IMG/VR virus record: IMGVR_UViG_3300034104_004920
Location: 1-64,000 of that record
Direction: 5' to 3' (one strand)
DNA length: 64,000 nt
DNA from: a virus
Positions 1 to 7,656 of this stretch are shown here, piece by piece. The notes under the pieces are model-generated. The model was not told the DNA's origin. It saw only the letters and a list, made by a program, of their open reading frames with translations, and ran no database searches. A program made the translations under genes and the position numbers. The stretch's first letter is position 1; each line of letters opens with the position of its first letter.

Positions 1-9
1 TGTTTTTCT

Positions 10-100
10 TGACCCTAAACCGTACCGGGCTTGTGTGGGCTGGGGGTGGTTGGTGTGGGTTTGGTGTGGGTTTGGTACGGTTTGACTCAGCTTAGGGTCA
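10..100. repeat. Interrupted inverted repeat enclosing a G/T-rich, G-tract loop
   Basis: TGACCCTAA (10-18) pairs with TTAGGGTCA (92-100), and AAACCGTACC pairs with GGTACGGTTT. The loop contains five GGG+ tracts and a TGGTGTGGGTT direct repeat. Confidence 0.75.
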
Positions 101-117
101 GTTGTGTAAAACTGATC

Positions 118-155
118 TTGACTCAATGAGGTTTTGCACTGTATAATGTGGGCGC
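118..155 (+). promoter_or_regulatory. Sigma70-type promoter, variant of the repeated module
   Basis: TTGACT(118-123)-N18-TATAAT(142-147)-GTG-GGCGC. Confidence 0.65.
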
Positions 156-180
156 AGAACGGGGGGTGTGATTTTTTAGA

Positions 181-302
181 GATTTTGCACTGGCGCAGGT
201 GGCTTTTGGGGAATAAATTTTTCAAGGTTTTCCACTGGCGCAGGTGACCCACGGGGCGAAAAATTTCAAGGTTTTCCACTGGCGCAGGTGGGTCACCTGC
301 GC
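181..302. repeat. Three ~30-bp direct repeats with core ACTGGCGCAGGTG, period 44-45 bp, last copy closed into a hairpin
   Basis: Core at 189-201, 234-246 and 278-290. GCGCAGGTG-ggt-CACCTGCGC hairpin at 282-302. Confidence 0.9.
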
Positions 303-312
303 TAATTAAGTG

Positions 313-408
313 GATGGTTATATTCGTGAACGCTTATATAAGCGGTGGCTTATATTCGTGGTGGCTTATATAAGCCGACACTTATATAAGCAGTGGCTTA
401 TGTGTGGC
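313..408. repeat. Six tandem 16-bp units, three carrying the palindrome CTTATATAAG
   Basis: gatggttatattcgtg / aacgcttatataagcg / gtggcttatattcgtg / gtggcttatataagcc / gacacttatataagca / gtggcttatgtgtggc, in exact 16-bp phase. Confidence 0.9.
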
Positions 409-418
409 CAAACCTTTC

Positions 419-448
419 ATTGTAGCATGGGCCCGGGAAGGGGGTCAA
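419..448 (-). promoter_or_regulatory. Leftward sigma70-type promoter reading into the non-coding repeat block
   Basis: Minus strand TTGACC-N18-TACAAT with extended -10 TG; no credible ORF downstream within the window. Confidence 0.6.
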
Positions 449-602
449 GTGGTTTTTTAACCACACACGGTTTAGTCGGGATTAGAAAAACCTTGACACG
501 GTCGCCAATATTATGTTATAATATTGGCGCCATAATACCCCTATAACCTGGTCAACAATAGGGGTATTAGGTCAAATAATAAGGGGCTATAAGCCCCTTT
601 TA

Positions 603-767
603 TTATTCCCTGATATGTTCTAGTATATCCATTGCCAATTTTTCCATTTCGTCTGTAATATCCACATCAGACATCGGCTGTAGAGCCAGTTTAATAATAA
701 GTGCCAACCGTATCATTTCTTCGTGGCTGAGTGAAATAATATATTCAGTTTTGGTTTCAATTTGCAT
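603..767 (-). CDS. Small hypothetical protein, 54 aa (MQIETKTEYIISLSHEEM...), below the ORF-track cutoff
   Basis: AAGGAG SD, ATG at 767, TAA at 603-605, ends at hairpin 575-607. Confidence 0.7.
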   Translation of the reverse strand: MQIETKTEYIISLSHEEMIRLALIIKLALQPMSDVDITDEMEKLAMDILEHIRE

Positions 768-796
768 TTTTGATTCTCCTTTTGAAAATGCGGATT

Positions 797-1183
797 TTAG
801 TCCAAATCAGTAACGGGTGAATATAATTCTCCGGTACTGAATCCTAGATCATTTAATATCTTTTCCAAGTGTGCTGCAATTAATTGGAATCGGTCATCGT
901 GATGATAGTTTTCATTAAAGCTGTTATCCTCGATCATTTTGGCATGGATTAATTCGTGTGCAATTACCCCATACACATCAAAATTGGATTCTAGTGTCTG
1001 GCCTAAATTAATAACAATTTTGTGTTTTTGGAGACGATTATTGCGAAACACAGTATCGCACCAACCGGCCAAACGACGTTGAGTCTTATTAAAAACTCGG
1101 GTTTTCAATACTACGTCAACTGGTTTCTGTATTTCCAATACAGAAACCACGGCTTGAATAAGCAACAATACGTCAGATTTCAT
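797..1183 (-). CDS. SprT-like zinc metalloprotease
   Basis: HELIH (HExxH) plus downstream H-x-x-x-F (HDDRF). Confidence 0.7.
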   Translation of the reverse strand: MKSDVLLLIQAVVSVLEIQKPVDVVLKTRVFNKTQRRLAGWCDTVFRNNRLQKHKIVINLGQTLESNFDVYGVIAHELIHAKMIEDNSFNENYHHDDRFQLIAAHLEKILNDLGFSTGELYSPVTDLD

Positions 1184-1219
1184 GGTGTGTTATATGGGGG
1201 TTATTAGCCCCCATATATT

Positions 1220-1918
1220 TTACTTGGCTACGAAATGTTCTTTTACTTGGTGTTTATTCCAGTCATATGGAATTACCTTTTCTCGCCAATCACGTTTTTT
1301 CAAGATATTGACCAAAATAGGAACCTCAAAATCTCGGGCATCTTCCAATGCAGTATGTGGCTCAGTCTTAAACTCGCCACTCACAAAACCACAAACACTT
1401 TCAGCTGTGGTTTTGTAGGTCATGTTTTGGTTGACAGTGGGAGAATTGAATAGGTGATTATCCATGCAAAACTGCCGATAGCGCTTAGTATGGGTAATAT
1501 TACCGATACTAGCGTGCCAAAGGCAGAATTTATCATTGAAAATGTTAAGATCAATTCCGGTTTTGTCGCACTTATCACGATCAAAAGCCAGATTGTATGC
1601 GGTAAGGGTTGGATTATATTTACCAACAGCCTGATTCAGCCATTTATTAATGGCAGCTGTACTGGCAAGCATACGAATACCCGAATTAAGCATGGAGACA
1701 TATGCTGCTTTACGCTTTTCCAAACCCTCATACCCCCAAATATCATTTGCACGTTTATCGTGGAACAATTCATATGTGCCATAATGGTCTTTTACCAATA
1801 CTGCACATTGGTTATAAATCTTGCCATCACGGTCAACAATAACCGCGGCAAAATCAGCCACGGTATTTTCCATCGTGGTTTCAGTATCCACCACGCACCA
1901 GAATTGCTTTTTAGCCAT
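1220..1918 (-). CDS. DEDDh (DnaQ-like) 3'-5' exonuclease
   Basis: ExoI VVDTETT, ExoII AYNLAFD, ExoIII HTALEDA. Start moved to MAKKQF (GAAGGT SD). Confidence 0.85.
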   Translation of the reverse strand: MAKKQFWCVVDTETTMENTVADFAAVIVDRDGKIYNQCAVLVKDHYGTYELFHDKRANDIWGYEGLEKRKAAYVSMLNSGIRMLASTAAINKWLNQAVGKYNPTLTAYNLAFDRDKCDKTGIDLNIFNDKFCLWHASIGNITHTKRYRQFCMDNHLFNSPTVNQNMTYKTTAESVCGFVSGEFKTEPHTALEDARDFEVPILVNILKKRDWREKVIPYDWNKHQVKEHFVAK

Positions 1919-1982
1919 ATTAACCTTCACACATGAAACCGGAAAGGGCCGGAGTCTCGCCCATGCTTTGCAGCACCTGCCG

Positions 1983-2011
1983 AGTGTACCGGTTTTTGTG
2001 ATGTATTGCAA
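1983..2011 (-). promoter_or_regulatory. Leftward promoter of exonuclease cassette
   Basis: TTGCAA-N17-TACACT on minus strand. Confidence 0.6.
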
Positions 2012-2110
2012 GCCCCTACAGTGTGGTCAACTATTGACCAGGCGGCTTGACGGGGGCCAATTATATAATATATAATTGGCGCCAATATAAGGGTTTACCC
2101 TTATATTGAT

Positions 2111-2359
2111 TTATTTCCTTTCCCAGATTTTATATCTTATCATTATGACGACGAAAAACAGATTTAGTATGTAGTTGAATAACAGTGGCATATCTCCTTT
2201 TGGAAATATATAAACAATGGTGAATAACTCCCCAAAGAACCAACAACCCAAGAAAAAGGGGTTTAATCCTCGGGCGTGGCCGTCTTTTGCACATTGCAAA
2301 ACCTGGGGAATTGCACATATTGCAAATAATATGCTACCAATCCAACCTATAGTTTCCAT
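2111..2359 (-). CDS. PQ-loop / SemiSWEET-family 3-TM transporter
   Basis: METIGWIGSILFAICAIPQV..., PQ motif after TM1, three hydrophobic helices, conserved N in TM3 (LLFNY). Confidence 0.8.
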   Translation of the reverse strand: METIGWIGSILFAICAIPQVLQCAKDGHARGLNPFFLGCWFFGELFTIVYIFPKGDMPLLFNYILNLFFVVIMIRYKIWERK

Positions 2360-2360
2360 T

Positions 2361-2825
2361 TTAGTGACCCTGAACCGAGGGAATATAAACACCGCGGATA
2401 TTGAAATGATCGCAAACTGCTTTTAGGTAACTCACATTGTCTTCGTAAAATACACAATCCGCAGTTTTGAATTGCTTCAAGTTGAAAAACTTTTGCAAAC
2501 CCTTGATTTTAAGAGTTTTGCCAGACTGATTATCACCGTCACGACGCGAGATAAGATAATCGGGACTGCCGAGAATCTCACGGATAAACACATTATCCAA
2601 TTCGCGCACAATACGCGCAGTGGCGATAATTACATAAGTATTTGGGTCTTGCAAATCACGACGATATTGAGACACAAGAGGAAGCAAACCATCTTGCATA
2701 CACCGATTTTCATTATCGCGCCAGTATTGCAAATCGATTTTGACAATACCATTTTCTGTTACCGTGCGGTAACGGTGGCTGCTATCAACGATCGTGCCGT
2801 CCATGTCATAAATTGCAACCTTCAT
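2361..2825 (-). CDS. HAD-superfamily phosphatase (PNK-phosphatase/5'-nucleotidase-like)
   Basis: Motif I YDMDGT, motif II ATAR, conserved K, motif IV FYEDN. Confidence 0.85.
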   Translation of the reverse strand: MKVAIYDMDGTIVDSSHRYRTVTENGIVKIDLQYWRDNENRCMQDGLLPLVSQYRRDLQDPNTYVIIATARIVRELDNVFIREILGSPDYLISRRDGDNQSGKTLKIKGLQKFFNLKQFKTADCVFYEDNVSYLKAVCDHFNIRGVYIPSVQGH

Positions 2826-3026
2826 TTTGAACCCCTTGTTTTGTAGAGCCCGAGTGTAGCACGTTCGCCCAGGCGACACAAGCCCCCAACAATGACCCTA
2901 CGTCGTGGTCAACCATTGATGTGGTGGCTTGACACGGCCCAATTTTATATTATAAAATTGGCGCCCCTATTAGGGTTTACCCTAATAGGGGTTTTTAAAT
3001 AATAAGGGGTATAACCCCTTATTATG

Positions 3027-3359
3027 TTAGGCAATGGCTTTTGCAATATCTCGAGCCTTTGCCCCTAGCCGGTTCACAATATTTTCTGACCAGTGGCCGC
3101 CAATATTGCAGGGCAATACCTGCATACTCGCCCAACGGTCCAACACAAGATACTCGGCAACATCGTAGCGATACAGGGATTCTTCCACGCTGGCAAGACT
3201 CAGCGCAAATTTGCCAGTATCAATGCCGGTTTGCTTGATACCAACACAAACCCCCAGCAGGGGAAAATGAAAGATAACCACGTCGGGATAATCCGCCCGC
3301 ATATCTTGCAGAATATCCAATTCCGTATCATTCAAGACGGTTTGATTCACATTACGCAT
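3027..3359 (-). CDS. Hypothetical protein
   Basis: 110-aa ORF, AAAGG SD, ends at hairpin 2999-3025. Confidence 0.7.
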   Translation of the reverse strand: MRNVNQTVLNDTELDILQDMRADYPDVVIFHFPLLGVCVGIKQTGIDTGKFALSLASVEESLYRYDVAEYLVLDRWASMQVLPCNIGGHWSENIVNRLGAKARDIAKAIA

Positions 3360-3447
3360 GATAAGCCCTTTCTATGGCTTGGTTGGGAAAATGGTTTGCT
3401 TAGAGTATGTTATACCCTAAGCAAACCCCTTTCGGGGTTTGCGTCAA

Positions 3448-3780
3448 TCATTCGATTGGACGGGAATTGGCCAGTGCATCGAAGATCGCTTTCAATGCAC
3501 GCTTGTTAGCCTTGGTGAGACTGTCCACGTCAGGCTCCGACAGCATGAGGATTTTGCCGATAGCCTCGGCGTGTGCATCCTTCTTCACGGGAGACTCACC
3601 AGTCTTGGTAACATAGGTCTTCTTCTGGTAAACACCCTCACGACTCAGTTTCGCAACAATCGAGCGAACCGATTTACCGAGACTCTCGGCAAGGGCTTCG
3701 ACCGTAGTGCCGGCCTTGTACGCTTCGACCAGAGCAGCAGTCTGCTCAGGAGTATAATTCACAACCTTTTCACTAGCCAT
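3448..3780 (-). CDS. A2-like pre-early DNA-binding (HTH) protein, paralog 1
   Basis: NYTPEQT...LAESLGKSVRSIVAKLSREGVYQKK...KKDAHAEAIG...SLTKANKRAL resembles T5 A2 by eye; GGAG SD. Confidence 0.65.
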   Translation of the reverse strand: MASEKVVNYTPEQTAALVEAYKAGTTVEALAESLGKSVRSIVAKLSREGVYQKKTYVTKTGESPVKKDAHAEAIGKILMLSEPDVDSLTKANKRALKAIFDALANSRPIE

Positions 3781-3852
3781 TTTCAGTTTCTCCGAGTTAA
3801 CACGCATGGGGAAATTTTGGCAATGCCGGGCAATCCCCTCAACCTATGCTGA

Positions 3853-3955
3853 TATTATACAGGGTCAGTATTCCCCCGTCAAGTATTGTGTTTTCTTTCC
3901 TTTCTGTTCGTCGTCGTCAGGGACACAGTATAACGGTTTTTCAGCCTGGACACAA
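3853..3955 (-). promoter_or_regulatory. Tandem leftward promoters upstream of A2-like gene
   Basis: TTGTGT-N17-TATACT (~3927-3955), whose leader has AAAGGA but no start codon, then TTGACG-N17-TATAAT (~3854-3882). Confidence 0.6.
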
Positions 3956-4078
3956 TACCCTAGTGCAATGTGGGGTCTTTGCGCCAGGCGGTGATTGGCA
4001 GTTAACCAGGCGGTAGCCAGCAGTTAACCAGGGGTAAGTCCCTATTGACAGCTGAGTTAGATTGTGATATAATTTTGG

Positions 4079-4180
4079 CGCACCCCATAGGTGTTACCTA
4101 TGGGGTGCGGCGGCTCAATAGGTAACACCTATTGAGCCGCACACAAAAAAGCCGACAAAAACAGTCGGCTTTTTTGTGTG
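4079..4180 (+). ncRNA. Candidate ~95-nt small RNA: two hairpins plus intrinsic terminator
   Basis: Promoter TTGACA(4045)-N17-TATAAT(4068). Stems at 4079-4109 and 4110-4140, then GCCGAC/GTCGGC stem followed by T6. No ORF. Confidence 0.5.
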
Positions 4181-4263
4181 GCCCTTGACAGGGCCCAAAA
4201 TTATATGTTATAATTTTGGCGCAAATTAGCCGCCTGGCCAGGCGGCTAATTATACTGTGATTA

Positions 4264-4425
4264 TTATTCGTCGGTGTTGACGACAATGGTGGAAACGTGG
4301 GGGTCGGAATTGGGGACGTCGTCCAGCATCTTGACCCTATACGCCACCCAGTTGATGCTGGTGTAGTATTCCTGATGATGCTTGAAGTGTTGTTCGTCCC
4401 ACCATTCGATCATGTAAACCTTCAT
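4264..4425 (-). CDS. Small hypothetical protein, 53 aa (MKVYMIEWWDEQHFKHHQEYY...)
   Basis: Own leftward promoter and AAAGGA SD; double TAA stop; not in ORF track. Confidence 0.75.
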   Translation of the reverse strand: MKVYMIEWWDEQHFKHHQEYYTSINWVAYRVKMLDDVPNSDPHVSTIVVNTDE

Positions 4426-4597
4426 TTGGGTTCCTTTCGTGTTGCAGAGAACACAGTATAACGCTTTTTAAGCCGCACAGCACATACCCGAGCGCATCGT
4501 GGGGTCTTTTAGCCAGGCCCTTGACAGGGCCCAAAATTATATGTTATAATTTTGGCGCCATAATAACCCTATAATATATAGGGTTATTATGTGGTCG

Positions 4598-4759
4598 TTA
4601 GAAAAACCCCATGTTGATTATTTTGTAGTCCAGTTTGGGGCACTTTTTGCCTAAATTCTTTTTCAATTCTACACAATCCCTTTCTAAATCCGATAGGTTT
4701 TGATAGTGACACACCAAAACATTATCGAAAAACAAACCCCAGACTTTTACAACACCCAT
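4598..4759 (-). CDS. Small hypothetical protein, 53 aa (MGVVKVWGLFFDNVLVCHY...)
   Basis: Overlaps stop of upstream gene and ends at module hairpin. Confidence 0.55.
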   Translation of the reverse strand: MGVVKVWGLFFDNVLVCHYQNLSDLERDCVELKKNLGKKCPKLDYKIINMGFF

Positions 4760-4959
4760 TTTGAAATCCCCACCAGGTTAGCGCACAAGAAAAACCCGTT
4801 CAATACACTGAGGGATTTATCCCTTTTCGTGATCCCTATATATAGCCACGATATCGAACCAATAATAAACAAACTGTATCCCAAAATATATATCTGAAAC
4901 GCAACCAGAAAACTGCCGATAACCGAGCTTATAGTGCCTAGCCACGATATATACCCCAT
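4747..4959 (-). CDS. Small 3-TM membrane protein (PnuC/YgjV-like half-transporter fold suspected)
   Basis: 70 aa, almost entirely hydrophobic, pattern W-G....G..L....GY..F..G...W. Confidence 0.65.
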   Translation of the reverse strand: MGYISWLGTISSVIGSFLVAFQIYILGYSLFIIGSISWLYIGITKRDKSLSVLNGFFLCANLVGISKWVL

Positions 4960-4960
4960 T

Positions 4961-5326
4961 TCAAATCCGTTTGTAGTTTACCATGTTATGGCATCGTTCT
5001 GGAGGCAGACCTAATTCTTTCATAATCTTTTTCCAGCTTTTGCCATGCCCAAAATCATTATACACCAGAAAAGCCACACAGTGTGCCAATTCATGGGGAA
5101 TAATGACGTTACAAAATTCGTCGGGATATTGTTCGAACAATTCAACCGACAAGTCTATATACTGCGGGTCGTGCTCAATAAAAGCACGTCCTGCGGTAGT
5201 TTTCAGCCGTTTATTCAAAACTACCGCAGGAGCAGTTTTGGTTAAGTTGGGGTACAGATTGCACAGTATGTCCCAAGTGTTTTGGGCACTGCGGTCTGCG
5301 ACTTGTTGCATTGTGGAGTCTTTCAT
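4961..5326 (-). CDS. SprT-family zinc metalloprotease
   Basis: LNKRLKTTAGRA, PHELAH, HGKSWKKIM...LG...RCH are typical SprT motifs. Confidence 0.85.
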   Translation of the reverse strand: MKDSTMQQVADRSAQNTWDILCNLYPNLTKTAPAVVLNKRLKTTAGRAFIEHDPQYIDLSVELFEQYPDEFCNVIIPHELAHCVAFLVYNDFGHGKSWKKIMKELGLPPERCHNMVNYKRI

Positions 5327-5467
5327 GGGCCGGATTCTACTACAAAAATTTGGCTACCACAAGACCCCTCGACCAGGTCAACTATTGCTAGTGTCACTTG
5401 ACACGGTCGCCAATATTATATTATAATATTGGCGCCAGTATTAGGGTTTACCCTAATACTGGCCTTA

Positions 5468-5659
5468 TTAAATAGGTTCGACTTTGTAGACAGTATGTTG
5501 AACAAGCCTTACAGGAATACCATCATATATTTGAAGGTATTGCATATCGATTGGTCTGTCATCAGACCACGATTCCAATTGCTCCACAATTTCTTCGACG
5601 GTTGAACCCGTAGCGATATACTCGGCGATATCGCTGGCAGTATAGATTCCAAACAGCAT
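5468..5659 (-). CDS. Small acidic hypothetical protein
   Basis: AAAGGAAACATCATG SD/start; weakly similar to neighbour 5684-5878. Confidence 0.7.
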   Translation of the reverse strand: MLFGIYTASDIAEYIATGSTVEEIVEQLESWSDDRPIDMQYLQIYDGIPVRLVQHTVYKVEPI

Positions 5660-5683
5660 GATGTTTCCTTTCTTGAAATGTGG

Positions 5684-5878
5684 TTAGTCCGGCAAGACAT
5701 CCCATTTAGCAACCATAGTCATGGAAACCTTGACTTCTTCAGCCCTAAATACCTTTAGGTATATTGGGTCTATTTCTTCCCCTGCTTGACGAGTCAAGTC
5801 TGCGATTATTGGCTCAAGACTGCTGGCACACGCCCACAAGTCTTCACCGTGATCGGTGTAATACACTGCAATAAGCAT
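5684..5878 (-). CDS. Small acidic hypothetical protein
   Basis: Same leader TTCAAGAAAGGAAACATCATGCT as 5468-5659. Confidence 0.7.
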   Translation of the reverse strand: MLIAVYYTDHGEDLWACASSLEPIIADLTRQAGEEIDPIYLKVFRAEEVKVSMTMVAKWDVLPD

Positions 5879-5920
5879 GATGTTTCCTTTCTTGAAAAGG
5901 GGGATACTATCCCCCGGATA

Positions 5921-6241
5921 TCACACGATCAACGAGAGCTTTTGCAGAATCTTTTGCAATGCGGTTTTGTTCGCCTTGGTGAGACTGCTAGTCTCGGGCT
6001 CTGTCAATTCACAAAGAACCCCGATTTTGTCTGCCAGCTCTTCTTTTGAAACAACTGTTTCACCAGTCTTGGTAACATACTCCTTTTTCTTGTAAACACC
6101 TTCCCGGCTCAGTTTGGCCACCACACTGCGAACACTCTTGCCCAGCGTGGCTGCAATACTTTCCACGGGAACACCCTTGCTATACCCGTCCAGCATTTGT
6201 TGGACCTGCTCGGGAGTGTAGTTTGCGGTTTTCTCAGTCAT
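5921..6241 (-). CDS. A2-like pre-early DNA-binding protein, paralog 2
   Basis: Clearly homologous to 3448-3780 (NYTPEQ, LGKSVRSxVAKLSREGVY, YVTKTGE, SLTKANK). Confidence 0.65.
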   Translation of the reverse strand: MTEKTANYTPEQVQQMLDGYSKGVPVESIAATLGKSVRSVVAKLSREGVYKKKEYVTKTGETVVSKEELADKIGVLCELTEPETSSLTKANKTALQKILQKLSLIV

Positions 6242-6256
6242 CTTCTTTCCTTTCAG

Positions 6257-6352
6257 TCAAAGACCATCGCCGACAATAATAGCAATTCCCATTGCAAGAA
6301 TCGCCACCCAGAATGGGCTAGTAGCCCACAAAATCAGAAAAAGATCCGACAT
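6257..6352 (-). CDS. 31-aa single-pass membrane peptide (MSDLFLILWATSPFWVAILAMGIAIIVGDGL)
   Basis: GAGGGG SD; fills the gap between two genes. Confidence 0.55.
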   Translation of the reverse strand: MSDLFLILWATSPFWVAILAMGIAIIVGDGL

Positions 6353-6353
6353 T

Positions 6354-6551
6354 TTAACCCCTCTTTGAATAAACAACCAGACCCGTGAGATACTCGCGCT
6401 TGCCTGCCATGTAGCTGCGACGCACCACATAGGACTTCAAGCCCAGCATGTTAGCAGACCTAATGGCTTCAGTCAACAGGCTAGTGCCCGTGGTGACTGG
6501 TTTGTAGGCAACTTCACTGTGAAAAACAGTGTAAACAGGTTCGTAACCCAT
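6354..6551 (-). CDS. Hypothetical protein (MGYEPVYTVF...)
   Basis: GGAG SD before ATG 6551; leftward promoter ~6589-6618. Confidence 0.65.
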   Translation of the reverse strand: MGYEPVYTVFHSEVAYKPVTTGTSLLTEAIRSANMLGLKSYVVRRSYMAGKREYLTGLVVYSKRG

Positions 6552-6820
6552 CGAAGGTCTCCGGTTGTTCGTCGTTTCCATGGGATAGAGTATAACGGTT
6601 TTTCGGCCCATCCACAATACCCTAGTGCATCGTGTGGTCTTTGAACCAGGCCTAGGGGTAAGTCCCTATTGACAGCAAGAATTTGGTGTGGTATAATTTT
6701 GGCGCCACAAAAACCCTACGATCTGTAGGGTTTTTGCAGCCAGGCCGTTGACACGGCCCAAAATTATGTGTTATAATTTTGGCGCCACAAAGCCCCCACA
6801 TTCTGTGGGGGCTTTGGTTA

Positions 6821-6979
6821 TCACTCCCACATAGTTTTACGGGTCGCGATAGAGGCGATTGTAGCAAGAGGAAATTTCTTCCTGAAGTCTTCGATGGCCA
6901 GATCGCGGGTCTCAGCACGAATAGCCACCGAGTAGCTGCCGAAACCTTCAACTGCGTTAAAGTAGAACCAGGTCTTCAT
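6821..6979 (-). CDS. Small hypothetical protein (MKTWFYFNAVEG...)
   Basis: Conserved cassette leader AAAGGAACACGAGATG. Confidence 0.75.
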   Translation of the reverse strand: MKTWFYFNAVEGFGSYSVAIRAETRDLAIEDFRKKFPLATIASIATRKTMWE

Positions 6980-7156
6980 CTCGTGTTCCTTTCTGCTGCT
7001 GTGAACACAGTATAGCACAACACCGCAACACCTAACTTTTAACCCCTCAGTGTGGTCAACTATCCGGGCACGCGCTTGACACGGCCCAAAATTATGTGTT
7101 ATAATTTTGGCGCCACAAAGCCCCCACATTCTGTGGGGGCTTTGATTGATTGGTGA

Positions 7157-7348
7157 TTACTTTGACTTCAAGTCATTCGTGTGCCATTCCACGCTACGCG
7201 CCACGCTCTCGTTTTCGCGCACAGCACTGGCCAGCATACCCGTCAGGTAACCGACAACAAAGGACTCGGAATAGCCCTTGCTAGCAGCGCGCTCGCGGGC
7301 GGCCTGGAGCAGGGCTTGGACTTGGTTGTAGGCTTCGGTAGCAGTCAT
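7157..7348 (-). CDS. Small hypothetical protein (MTATEAYNQV...)
   Basis: Conserved cassette leader AAAGGAACACGAGATG. Confidence 0.75.
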   Translation of the reverse strand: MTATEAYNQVQALLQAARERAASKGYSESFVVGYLTGMLASAVRENESVARSVEWHTNDLKSK

Positions 7349-7514
7349 CTCGTGTTCCTTTCCTGTTGCAGTGAACGCAGTATAGCACAAGACCGTGCCC
7401 GTGCAAGACCTAAATTTTAACCCCTCAGTGTGGTCAACTATCCAGGCCACCGCTTGACACGGGCCAATTATATAATATATAATTGGCGCCCGAATAGGGG
7501 TTTACCCCTATTCG

Positions 7515-7646
7515 TTATTCTTCATATACTATGAAGTATGGAGTTTCCCCATAATCTCCAGAGTATTCAATGGGATGGTCCGGATTGAACAGAGTCATAT
7601 CAATCCCAGTATCCCAGAAAACATCAAAAACCCAGTCCTGATACAT
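7515..7646 (-). CDS. 43-aa acidic/aromatic peptide (MYQDWVFDVFWDTGID...)
   Basis: AAAGGAAG SD; shares YQDWV with 8619-8753. Confidence 0.65.
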   Translation of the reverse strand: MYQDWVFDVFWDTGIDMTLFNPDHPIEYSGDYGETPYFIVYEE

Positions 7647-7656
7647 ATACTTCCTT

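Noticed and set aside
181-408. Mini CRISPR array
   Set aside because: Spacers between the ~30-bp repeats are only ~15 bp and resemble each other, the 16-bp units have no spacers, and no cas genes are present.
310-546. 78-aa plus-strand ORF
   Set aside because: It runs through tandem repeats and two promoters, has no SD, and its sequence mirrors the DNA repeats.
1925-1985. Riboswitch in the exonuclease leader
   Set aside because: Only a modest hairpin is visible, with no recognisable aptamer consensus. An Rfam scan would be needed.
6652-7450. Long N-terminal versions of ORFs 6821-7129, 7157-7450 and ORF 6652-6951 with shared peptides such as MWGLCGAKIITHNFGPCQ
   Set aside because: The shared peptide is simply the translated repeat module. 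Real starts follow the conserved AAAGGAACACGAG leader.
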